Below, in pieces: positions 1 to 10,854 of a DNA stretch of 64,000 nt. Below the pieces are notes generated by a model, which saw only the letters and a program-made list of their open reading frames with translations, did not search any database and had not been told where the DNA came from. This stretch comes from Psammoneis japonica. Lineage: Eukaryota. Location of the stretch: contig QPGO01000012.1 of the NCBI GenBank assembly GCA_008632985.1, positions 558,001 through 622,000 of the forward strand. Direction: 5' to 3'. The position numbers and the translations under genes are program-made. Positions within the stretch are counted from its first letter, which is position 1; every line of letters begins with the position of its first letter.

Positions 1-1858
1 GCTGTGAGAGCCCAGAACCCACCCGGAAGGTTTTTACAGAAGGACGAAAAGACTGGCATGTACTATGATATTTCAGACCACAAAGCTCGCGAAAAGACAA
101 GCCAAGCGCTACGAGAAGGTGCACCCGACATTCGAAAAGAAATCACCGGCGCCACCCCGAATATCCCGTTTCCGCTCTACAATATGCAATCGCACCCCAT
201 GGCTCCGGATATCGTCGCGACTTACAACCAAGACTCGAATTCGGGAGGAAGTAAATCAGGGAAGAAAACTGATCTGGCAAGACAAGTTGAGCAATGTTTG
301 AGTATGAGAAATGCTCTTGTATCGGAGCAACAAGCAAAGAGCGACACTGTGACCCCAGCATCAGCAGACGCATCTTCGACGGGAGCAAACTCTACATCTG
401 TCCAACCATCGCAGGCGCCTTTGGCGGGCACAATTTCTACCTCGGCCCAGCAACCGCAGTCGCAGACATTTGCCGGATTTCCCAACGGCCAAGCGGTGCA
501 ATTCCAAAAGGCAATGGCACCGGGTGCTTCAGCAGGTCTATCTTTTCCACAGATGCAGCAGATGAATCAAACAGCCCTGATGACAGGCGCCACGGTATGT
601 TCAGTCCAACTTGTCGTCGTTCTTGAATGGTTTGTTTTTGATTGATTGCTTACATTCATTCGTGCTTTCACATTTGTGAACACTGAAGCCTAACTTCATG
701 AACCCAGCATTGATGGGTGCGTCCAACCCTGTCGCGTCTATGGCGTCGGGTTCTACAGCTCCAACTGGCATCGCTGCTAATACACTTGGCCCTCCTGCCA
801 CGTCCATGGCTGCAAACGCCACAAATAATGGACTTAATCTCACGTCGAGTTCTGCAGCTCCGACAGGCCTTAATCCTAATAATCTTGGAGCCCCAGCCGC
901 GCCCATGCCTGCAAATGTCACAAATAATGGGTTCCATTTTAATTCTTTTGGTGCTCCAAACTCCTTCATGCCTTATCTCCCCGGAATGGGGCTTCCTACT
1001 TCGGCGCTTCCGGGTTCAAGCATGCCACGCCCCGGTAGTTCTGGTTTTGGTACTCCAGCTTCTCATACCCCAGGTGTTTCGTCAACTGCTGATGGTCTGA
1101 GTGCCGCCACTGCTAGCACCCAGAATCCGAACTTGGCTGGCAATTTTTATAACGGACGCGCAATGGGAGGCATTACACAAGCACCCCAACCTGTCGTCAT
1201 GACAAACATCCTTCAGTCCAGCTCTGACTCGCAACAGCGTCAGTCATCTTCCGGTGAATCGAATGGTCCTCCTCCGCCGCCGCCCTTGACGCCGGATATG
1301 GCTCTTCGTTTGGTTTTCGCTGAAACCATTTCTCAACAGACTGCTAAAGGGAATGCCAGTGCTAATATTTTGGCTGCCGAGAAGAGTTTCGATTTCCATT
1401 TAGAGGCAGGACTATTGGGGATCAATCCTAACACGATGGTCAAGTGTTTAGCTGAGGGATACTCGGAGAATAGCATACTGAAGCGGTACAAAGGGTATGT
1501 GGCTGAAGCGGCGGTTGAGCAACAAGAAAAGGAAGACGTGTCACCGCAAAATGCTGATGGCGACGAATCAATCGCAGAAAAAGAAGGCGAGGACGATCAC
1601 GATAGCGGGGAAAGCAAAAAAGGAAGCGAGAAGGAAAGTAACTCCGAGGATGAGGGTAGTGCTTCAAAGAATCATGAAGTGGAGAATGGAGCAGCGACGG
1701 AAAAGAAACGCGAAGCGCCAGCCAACGACGATGAAAAGCCATTGAAAAAGTCAAAGTATGAGGTGTGGGTACCAGAGCTATCGCGGCGTCTTCAAAATCC
1801 AATTGAACGCAAAGTTGTCGACGCTCTTATCTGTATTGGTGCGATCGACAGATCGTAA
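1..1858 (+). CDS. DUF6824-domain protein (5'-partial); exons <1-594 and 689-1858, phase-0 intron 595-688
   Basis: NPPGRFLQKD...YYDISDHKAREKTSQALREG matches the diatom-expanded DUF6824 motif. The GTATGT donor at 595 and AG acceptor at 687-688 join ORFs 4..645 and 698..1858 in frame. The C-terminus is low-complexity and acidic. Confidence 0.8.
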
Positions 1859-2065
1859 AATAGGTATCGAGGGGAAACGACGACAAGTACTCTGGAGAGG
1901 ATTCACGTAGCTCTCTCTTCAAGTTAAGCAGTAAGAGAAGCGCTGTATTAAAGAATCTCTATGCATTTTACCTCTGGTCCCACTTTGTCTTTTCCATTGG
2001 GTTAAACATTTCCAGTTTCTTCTCTTTCCCATCTCTATTGTGAGCTCCACTACCTTGTGCATTTC

Positions 2066-2557
2066 CTACTTCTGAAAAGTCGAATCTCTACCAAAAGCAA
2101 TTTCATCTAGCGGTTGTCCACTGCGGACGTAATTTCCTCCCGACTCGATAAAGTTGGGACACGGGCGATACGCCTTGATGGGAATCCATGGAAAAATTGC
2201 GCCAAGGCCACCGGCAATGCTGATTACGCATAGCGAAACAAGAAAAAAAATCAGAGGTTGGTGAGCATACACATCACAGAGAATTGCAAAGAGAAAAACC
2301 TTTGTGATTATTGTCACGCACCGCCCACTTCCATCGCACAAATCACAATTGGGGCATTTCACTGCTGGTCCTGGGGGTGTCGATGATTCCTCCCCTTCAT
2401 TTGGAGACGCGGTTGCCCCTTCTTCGTCCGACATGCGCAGCACAGCAGGAGGCATTCTCGTCATTTTTGACGGTGCAACAACAACAAACGCAAAAGCTGT
2501 CGAGATTGAAAGCATGGCCAGCAGAGCCACGAGTACAACTGTCTTCATCATGATCAT
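2066..2557 (-). CDS. Small plastid-targeted protein with a CxxCxxCxGxG (DnaJ zinc-finger-like) motif; probable intron 2220-2321
   Basis: Signal peptide ending STAFAF followed by a basic transit-like stretch; CPNCDLCDGSGR. A 102-nt GT..AG segment reads through in frame as a hydrophobic insert. Confidence 0.7.
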   Translation of the reverse strand: MIMMKTVVLVALLAMLSISTAFAFVVVAPSKMTRMPPAVLRMSDEEGATASPNEGEESSTPPGPAVKCPNCDLCDGSGRCVTIITKVFLFAILCDVYAHQPLIFFLVSLCVISIAGGLGAIFPWIPIKAYRPCPNFIESGGNYVRSGQPLDEIAFGRDSTFQK

Positions 2558-2720
2558 TAAAGGATTTTGCTGTATAGTTCAAAGAAGGTTATTGCTGTGT
2601 ACTTTACCGTTCGTTTGGTGTCGACTCTCTCCTTTCTCATGGCGGTCTATCTGGCGGTCCCGCCCGCGGTCGTGGTCCTCTTTCTGTACCGGTACAACGA
2701 ACACGCCTGCGCGAATACGG

Positions 2721-2790
2721 TACGCGTCATAACCAATCAACTTCAACATGGGTTTGATTGGTCCGACCACCACAATGGCTTTCCCATTCA
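2721..2790 (+). repeat. ~70-bp direct repeat, copy 1 (copy 2 at 6157-6227)
   Basis: tacgcgtcataacc..caacttcaacatgggtttgatt(g/a)gtccgacca(c/a)cacaatggctttcccattca occurs on both sides of the TpA-depleted block. Confidence 0.9.
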
Positions 2791-2910
2791 TCAGGCTCGG
2801 TCTATTCACACAGGTGAAATGCACTTAATGTTTGTTCCTGTTTTCCACCCATTCATGTGTTCCCTATTGCAGTGTTGCATGCTATAAGGTCTAGAGGTTT
2901 CATTAAATAA

Positions 2911-5900
2911 AGAAGAGTGTGAGGAGGACGGTGACATTGTCATGGCGTTGATGCAAATGCCGTCGTTTTGAATTCAAGCAGAGAGAGGGAATCAAGGACA
3001 TCGAGTGTGACAGACCGCCCAAATGTGTGGGAAAACAAAGCAGGCTGTGCACAACACTGCCTTGCCAGTGATCCTGTTTGATGCTTTGGTTGTCCAAGGT
3101 CTGGCGCACCATGCTGCTGTTCTCTTTGAAGTCAACTTCGCGTGATTGTGGGAGGAGGTCGCTGCTGAAAGCTTCTAGAGAAAGCTTTGGCGGAGAACCC
3201 ATGCCAGCTGAAGACTTAGCGTCAGTTCACCCCCATGTCTTGCCAACTGCTGCAAAAATGCTTTCACAGTTAAACGTGAAAAATGAGACAAAACAACATG
3301 CCAGCCTCCACGATTCCAAAGCATTTTGATGGTTCCAGAGCAGGCACTTCTCCAATGCTTCGGCTGCTTCAAGTGTGCATGGATTGTCAGGAGAAATTGA
3401 CCAGCACTCCTCCAGGTTGTCCACACCAGGAAGAGCAGTAACAAAGACAGTAGAACCATCAATGTCTTCTGTGAGGAGAGTCACCCGTCTGTTCTGAGGG
3501 TGGCAAATCTGAACATCAGCTCCACTTGTGTCCAGCGGAGTGTTTCGGTGCTTGTGCAGAGCCGCATTGTTGCCCAACCTCGTCAACAGGGCTGGAGCAA
3601 TTTCATGTGTGTTCAGCACCAACTCCAATGGGATTCTGCGGCAGGGACATCCTTCAAACATGCAAATCGAACACCCGTTGGCAGGCCGTAAAGGCTTGAT
3701 TGCAAATGTCTGCATCGTCTTTCGGTGCTTGCCTCTCCCCCATCCAGTTCCACCAAAGTTCAGGTGATGTTGCAGATCTTTTGATGTTTGGTTGCCTGTT
3801 TTTTAATTGTTCTGGTCTCCATTGTCCAATCACATTGCATCATTTCCTTTGTCACTTTTTTTGTCCTTGTGCAATTCAGAACCCCAAATCCAAACTGGGC
3901 AGACAACAATCCACATTTGTTTTAACAATTTTTATGGTTCCCGTCCTGTTTTTTTGTTCTGTCTGTGCGCATAGAAACTAAACCCATCCATCCAAATGGC
4001 GCACCTCTCTCATCCACCCAAAACACAATGAGGACATCCTTTTTGAAAGTCACCAAAAAAGGCATCTCCCATCATTCCAAAGCATGCACCTTGTTTGGGC
4101 ATCATCTTCCATTTCAGCCACACTGACTGAGAAAAATTGGTGAGGCCCAAAAGTTTTTCTGGTGGGCTGTGCATCTGTCCACTGTCCACCATGGAGGAGG
4201 CCAGGGCCAACAATGATGGCACCACCAGCAACACTTTGGAGGCCATTCTCTTGTGGTCCTTTGCATGACTTCATCGACTGCAATGTTGCCGATGTTCCTT
4301 CAGGAATCCATCGGGGATCAGCGCTGGTGTCATGCTCTTGTTTCAACATGGATCTCAATGATGCAGCTGAAATTCCATGGTTGAATGACAAGGATTTCCT
4401 GACAAAGCAGGAGTGTCTTGCAAAGCCTTCTCATCCATGGTGGATCTCATTCCTGATGACCCCATTTTTCGGAACCACAACCCAAGAGGAGGCAGACCAG
4501 AACAGGAAATGGAGAGCCAGCTCATGGTCACATTGAAGGCTTTTGGCAGTGAAGGAAGTGAATCTGGTGCACATGCCCTCCACAATGAATTTGGAGCCAG
4601 AAGGGGAACCAGTTTGCATTCTTGCATGAAACATGTTGTGCATGCTTTGATGGGTCACCGCAATGAACATGTGCACTGGCCAGATGAGGCTGAGAGAAGA
4701 ATGACATCAAAGAGAGTGTTCAAAGAATTCGGTTTTCAAAATTGCATTGGCATCACAGATGGCACATGTTTGTTTCCATTGGCACTTAGACCACAAACTG
4801 TTGATGCACCTGACTGCAAAGGCCGGAAGTTTCTGCATTTGATTGGCTCCATTGCAGTGTGTGATGACAACCGATGCATCAAATTCTGCGAGGCTGGCTG
4901 GCCAGGCTGCGCACATGACAATTGAATCGTGTGGAATGCAAAAATGTGGAACAGCCCATTGGAGTGCTTTTCCAAACACCAACACATGCTGGATGACAGT
5001 GTGTTTGAAAACCACTGGTTTGTGGTGTCTGCTTTCACTCTTCACCATCCGGAGAGACCGTCAATGAGAACCACGCCTTGTTCAACAAAGCAATGTCATT
5101 GCTCAGAGTTTGTTCCAAACATTGTGCTGGCCTCTTAAAAGGGTGTCTCCCATGGCTGCAATTAATTTGTAAGACAGCAACATAAGACGAATGGATGTTA
5201 AAAGAAATCCTGTGTTTTTTGGGTGCATGTGTGATCCTGCACAACTTTCTTCTGTGGTTTGGTGATCGGGTGACTGACAATGCTTGGATCCAAAGTGAAG
5301 GTGACATTTCAGACATCAACAACTGCAACAGGAACAAGAAACAAGTGTGAAACCACCTTGAGAACAGAACACATGATGTCCCAAAGACTGGCCGAACTCT
5401 CGTCTTCATCGCTCATGACCGTTGACAGGTCCGGAATTTTCTTTGGCACATTTCCTTTTTTGTGCACCCTTTTTACTCCAGCTCCAAATGTGTGTCTGGC
5501 AGAGACTTTCAAAATTCCATCTCTTCCTTCTTTCCTGCCCAGCGGTCCTTTGTTGCCTGTGCCTCTGTGCCATCTGTTCCATCTTCATGTTGTGTCGGCT
5601 GGTTTCTTGCACGGCTTCCTTTCTGTTTGTGGCTTGGCTTTCCCAAGAAGGCAACCCGCTTTGGAACTTGGTTGTCCATGCACAGAGGACCACCTGGAGC
5701 TCATCATGTTTGTGTGCAGGCATGCTGACTGCCAAGGTCCCAGCATCACGCAAGCGCCCTGAGAGCTTCCGAGCCCAATGGATGGAGAAGCAAATTGAGC
5801 TTCTCCAAGCTCAGAGCATTCGGAGCTTCCTTCCGAGGAAAACCTTGGAGGACACAGATGGCAAAGGCACTTGCCAAAACTGTCCTGAGTGAGACGTCTT

Positions 5901-6150
5901 GGATGTCAGCACACGAGTTGTTGTCGTCGTGGTGCTTGGGGGTCTGCGAAATGCACAAACCATCGTGAAAAAAAACCGGGTTTAGAGAGTCGGGCAGGGC
6001 TTGGGCAAACAAAGAGATGTCATCTTCTGCAGGAGGTGTTGGGAATTCAAACTCTGGCAGGAAGGGCTGCACAATCTTGACAATGTTCGGGACATGGAAG
6101 GCACATTGGGCCAGCTGCTGACGGCTCTGAGACCAGCCCCCATCCCAGTT
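2911..6150. other. TpA- and CpG-depleted, TG/CA-rich block A (degenerate TE and gene relics)
   Basis: TA dinucleotides drop abruptly after ~2910 and return at 6151. Confidence 0.85.
4250..5400 (+). mobile_element. Degenerate PIF/Harbinger-type (DDE_Tnp_4) transposase
   Basis: NCIGITDGT, D(C)KGRK, GWPGCAHDN, LDDSVF and a downstream GLLKG..PWL-like motif, broken by stops and frameshifts. Confidence 0.75.
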
Positions 6151-6156
6151 GTAAAA

Positions 6157-6227
6157 TACGCGTCATAACCTCTTCAACTTCAACATGGGTTTGATTAGTC
6201 CGACCAACACAATGGCTTTCCCATTCA
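6157..6227 (+). repeat. ~70-bp direct repeat, copy 2 (copy 1 at 2721-2790)
   Basis: Direct sequence comparison. Confidence 0.9.
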
Positions 6228-6348
6228 GGAGCCCGTGCTTTCGTGTCATGTTTCTGCTTTTTTATTTTATCTTTTTCTTTTCGATTTTTGTTGACATCTC
6301 GGTTCGTGTTCGCAAGATCCCCTCCCCTACAACAAAATAAATTCAGCA

Positions 6349-7170
6349 ATGAGTGGTAAACCGAAGAGCTTGGCCATTTTGTATTCTACTGGTGGTCTGG
6401 GAGACGTTGGTCGTCATGCGATTCGTGCTGCGCTTGACGCACTCAAAAGCGACAAGAACGAAACAAACAAGTTTTCTTCCATCAAGATCTTGACACAGTT
6501 TCCCGAAACGCTTTCTGAATCCAATTGGAATTGCGGATGTCCTGAACCGCACTCCTTTACTCAAGATGAGATTGATGTAATGAACATTATTAAAATTACG
6601 GACTGGTCTGTCGAGGAAGTTTCCGCACAAATTGACGATCACGTGGTTGGTGTCGTGTCGTGTTTGGGAAATCGACAACCCTTTTACGGGGATCGTGTTG
6701 GTACAGCTGGAACGAAAGCTATGGTGGAGTCGCTCATGAAATCAAGTACTGGCACTCCTTGTCGTGTTGTGGCAATATCGTCAGTCGGCATTCGCGATGA
6801 CTGGCCTCCAGTGGAGTGGTTTTGGGGCGGTACGTTAATGAAGTACTTGTTCCTCACAATTTGTCGACGCGAGTACAATGATTTGACTGGCGTGGAAGAG
6901 ACCATTGCGGATTGCGGTTCACTAGATTACTTGTTGGTACGTCCAGTTGGGATTGGAGAAGACGTGATCCCCGTCAATGGGTGGGTGTTGCAAAAGGAAA
7001 AGTACAAAGATACACCCGAATTCAACATGGCCAAGTTGGATGTAGCTCGATTCATGGTGCAAGAAGCCTTGGTGCCAACACTGCACAATAAAGCGGTGGT
7101 TATTGGTGGTGTATCAAATGACGAGGCCAAAAACGATGGCACTCAAGAGACTGCATCGTGCGAAAACTGA
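6349..7170 (+). CDS. NAD(P)-binding Rossmann-fold protein (flavin reductase/BVR-B/NmrA-like atypical SDR)
   Basis: Intact 273-aa ORF with STGGLGDVG, VVSCLG, RVVAISSVG, DYLLVRP and DVARFM. Confidence 0.75.
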   Translation: MSGKPKSLAILYSTGGLGDVGRHAIRAALDALKSDKNETNKFSSIKILTQFPETLSESNWNCGCPEPHSFTQDEIDVMNIIKITDWSVEEVSAQIDDHVVGVVSCLGNRQPFYGDRVGTAGTKAMVESLMKSSTGTPCRVVAISSVGIRDDWPPVEWFWGGTLMKYLFLTICRREYNDLTGVEETIADCGSLDYLLVRPVGIGEDVIPVNGWVLQKEKYKDTPEFNMAKLDVARFMVQEALVPTLHNKAVVIGGVSNDEAKNDGTQETASCEN

Positions 7171-7518
7171 TAAGTTTGGGGTTGTTGTTGTATGTTGCAT
7201 TTGCCTTGCTCATAGGCTTACTTGGATCCGATACCCTTTGTTATGAAAAGCATTGTTTAACTATGTGCATCTACGTAGTTTGTCGGGAAATACAATCGGT
7301 TCGCTACCATGAAAGCGATAGCACGCAACAGTCAGTAAAGCAATTGTTGCAAGGCGAGGCTTCATCCGTACGGTTTCCTAAAATAATACGTCCCCCCATC
7401 GACCAAACATTACACTTTGAACAGACCAATAAAATACAGACCACAGAACTTGATGCAAGTGGTGCCCAAATCCGTTCTCGGTCATCCATGCGTTACTTAG
7501 TCAATTGCAAAGCTCAAA

Positions 7519-8105
7519 CTAAGCCATTTCTCCTCCTTGATAAACAGTGTTGGCGCCATTGCAGCACGCGTCGACATCTTGACAGTCGCGACAGCACCAT
7601 TCATAGCAGCACAAACACCAAAATAGGTCGGAGCAAGAACAGCAGCCGCTTCCTCTATTCCCGCCGTAATATCCTTGTTGATAGCCACTTCCTCCTCCGC
7701 CGTAATATCCTGGACCGTATCCTGGTCGATAACAGCAAGAGCCACAGATACAACGAAACACAACGGATATACCACGAGAAGAACAAGCAAGAATAACCAC
7801 TGCCGCCCAGTCCACTGGTCAATGGGGGTGTCTATAAGCTCGGAAAAGAGACGATCCACCTCATCAATTTGAAGCTTTCGGTGTGATGCATGATTCTTTA
7901 CAAGAACTGTATTTTTCTCTCTCCAATTTGTAGTGACGTGTGTATGTCTACGTAAAGCCAGCTTTTGTCTTGTATCATTATCGATATTACTTGTGTTGGA
8001 AGAGACCGGCGATGATTCTATTGCTGTAGCCAAACCTGTCGTACGTGCTGTTGCTTCCAGAAGCACGAACAAAAACACAAAGACTGAAATGAAGCGTCGG
8101 ATCAT
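7519..8105 (-). CDS. Signal-peptide, single-TM protein with a Gly/Tyr- and Cys-rich C-terminus; apparent 1-nt frameshift near 7770
   Basis: N-terminal signal, RKLQ motif and TM segment in ORF 7497..8105. The natural-looking tail CCYRPGYGPGYY...LCCYEWCCRD lies in ORF 7519..7815. Confidence 0.6.
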
Positions 8106-8480
8106 GGTGAATGGCGGTAACTTTACTGAGAGGTTTCCTCACCAGTGACAACAAAATGTAACAAAAGCAACAACAATAGGTACTTTGGTAGTCTACGGGT
8201 ACTTGTGAAGTGACAGAAAGCAAAACGGCATTGGACGGCATTGGGGGACGTCTTCGGAAGTGAGACTGTCGAAGAAAGTTACGTAGAATTTGTACTAAAA
8301 CAGTCTGTCAGTCAGTGCGATTGGGTATTTGGGACCTCTGGACAGATCCTACTACGTGTTTTCTTGTGCGTACAAATTGTACTGGAAAAACCCCCAAACG
8401 CACTGGCGATCAGACCGCCTTCGACGATCTCACTTCCAAAGTCGCCCCCCCAGCATTGGCATGTTGCATCGCCAAAATAG

Positions 8481-8545
8481 AAGTACGTTGAGTGAGTCAC
8501 GGATGGAGAGAAATTTGAGTCCCGCTTCCAGCTTTCTTTGTCGCA
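8481..8545 (+). repeat. ~60-bp direct repeat containing TGAGTCA, copy 1 (copy 2 at 27717-27775)
   Basis: cgttgagtgagtcacggatggagag..ttgagtcccgc..tttctttg is present at both ends of block B. Confidence 0.9.
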
Positions 8546-9630
8546 CCCGCCGCCGCCATGTGAGATGCGAGAGCACGGGGTTGCCGTCTAGCAGTAGCTA
8601 GCAATCACTCTACCTGCTCTCTAAGAGAGAGTTAGTAGAGCCTACCGCATCGCCATTGTACCGGTGCCATAGAGGTTTTGGGTGCTGTCGGTGTTCAGTG
8701 TGCCGACCGAGTGCTGTTCACGAGACCCAGTCGACAAACAAAGGAAAAGAAAAAGAATGTAAACTCACAGAGTGTCTGCCGTTGTGCACTGGTCAAAATT
8801 CTTGCCCTGAAGTGCATGATGCTCATCGCTCATCGCAAACGCAGCATGTGCAACTGGTTTTCAACGGGCAGTCGACGTGTGTCAGATTGAGAAACTTCAA
8901 ATCGCACATTCCCGCCGGAACTGGCCCAACCATGTTCGTCGAGCTTAAGTCCAAGAGTTGGAGCTGGCTCAGCTGCAAGAGCTCCGTTAGAATGGTGCCA
9001 GTCATTTTTGCATTGGAGACATCAAAAACTTCCAGCTCACTTGGCTGGCCAATGCCTGTTGGAGTTGCACCCGTGAAATCGTTCAAGCTCACATCCCAGA
9101 CCTCCACATCCACAACACTGCTGATCTCGGTGAACAAAGTGCCTGTCAAAGAATTGTTGCGCACGGAAAATGCTTCCAGCTCCGTAAATGCAGGGGATGC
9201 GTTGAATTGATTCACAAGCCCAGACACCATGTTGTTGTTGAGTCGAAAGTTTCTTGCAGCAGAGGCGAGACCAAAGCTTTGAGGGAAGGTTCCACCAAAG
9301 GCGTCATCACTAAAGTCCAAATCGACTTTCAATGCCCACACCAGCACCCAAATAAAGTGACAGATGAGAACACATGCAACACGCCAAACAAAGCGCAAGA
9401 CACAAACTTGCGCAACTTTCGACCAACATCTGTGCCTAGAAAATCAATTGGACCAGAACCAATGCTGTCAAGAAGTGCACCCAGATCATCAAGTTCCGGA
9501 ATTTGGCCTGTCAGTGTGTTCCAGCTTACATCGACAGTCTCTGCGCAATTTGGCAGTTGACAATTCATTCAACCAGGCGCCATGAAGAAAGGGCAAATTG
9601 TTGCACACAATGCTCATCAACAAATCAACT

Positions 9631-9906
9631 TGACAGGATTTGAACAGGATTTGGGTGCGTGCGAAATGTCGCGCACTGTTTAGCCCACCGCGCACAGTTT
9701 TGTGTGCTTTGGTTCCGCGCGTTCGCGCGTGATGTAGTTTGCTTTCGAGCCACAAGGCTCACAAGAATGACAACAGCAGCCCGATTTTACCGACTTGCAC
9801 GTCTTTCGGCTCCTGCAACGGTCTCTGAGCGGAGACTCATCTGCCATTTAGACAGCAGCAAGGAGTTGTTGTTTGAATTCTTGCCATTTGCCTTCATTTT
9901 CTGTCA
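9631..9906 (+). repeat. 5' LTR
   Basis: About 94% identical (hand count ~16 differences) to 16474-16749. Confidence 0.95.
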
Positions 9907-10854
9907 GATTGACAGTCTTGCTCATTGTCAACCCATTGAGCAACCGCCATCATCGTCGTTGATTTACCGACGACGCCATCTCAATTCTGCGTGGACCTCC
10001 GCATGTGTTCTACGTACATCGGCAAGTCTGCGCGCATTCAATGCCAGGGCATCGGCAGGAAGTTAACGTCACCGTCAAGTCTCCTTACCGCTGGATGTCT
10101 GGATTGATTGTGCTGCCTTTGATCGCTGAAGACATGCATTCAACGGTCACATCCAAGTCTGTCCTTGATCCTCATCCCTTGAAACACCCATTCATCGGTT
10201 AACGGTCAAGAACCCCACACATTCAAGGATCTTCGTTGCTGAAGACATGTGTGCACACACACATCTTCACGGCCAAGAACTTGTGCCCACTCTTCGGACT
10301 GCGGTTTTGCTGCCACTCTACAAGCACACCGAGTCCATTGCACCTGATCTACCCCGGACTGCTGGTGCTCTGCAGATCTGCCAGGTCCACGAGGACAACT
10401 GTGAGAGCAAGCAGCCGTGATTGCAGCCTGCGTTGGGGCGAGGGTGCTTTCCCACATTTGTTCGTTCGTCCACAGCGCCTGACGCCTGCGTCAACTGGCC
10501 AGCCTGATCGGGAAATCCAACCAACACAAAACAAGAACGGTTCGGGGGTCTTGTCCACCTCTGGTCAGCTCACCTGCAGGGGTTTACAACCCGCCACTCC
10601 GCTCGTAAGCAACCCAAAGTGCCACTGGCTGTGGGTGCGGATGTGCCGGCACAACTCTACGGACCGGATGGGAAGTTTAGCACTCAACAACGAACGGGGT
10701 GGCAAAGCCCGGCGACTTCTGATTTTAAGGCAGTTCAAGATTTCAAGTCAAGTCCACTTCAAGTCAAGTCTGTTCTCACCCAAGTTTCAAGTCTACCTTC
10801 ACTGCCTTCGCTTCCCAACAAGAATTGCTTGTCCTGACACCACTTTTGTCTACC

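Noticed and set aside
7158..7796. 212-aa + strand ORF
   Set aside because: It is antisense to the membrane-protein gene and spans 3' UTRs, with no recognisable features.
9907..9925. Primer-binding site after the 5' LTR
   Set aside because: No canonical TGG-initiated tRNA complement is visible, so it cannot be assigned without a tRNA search.
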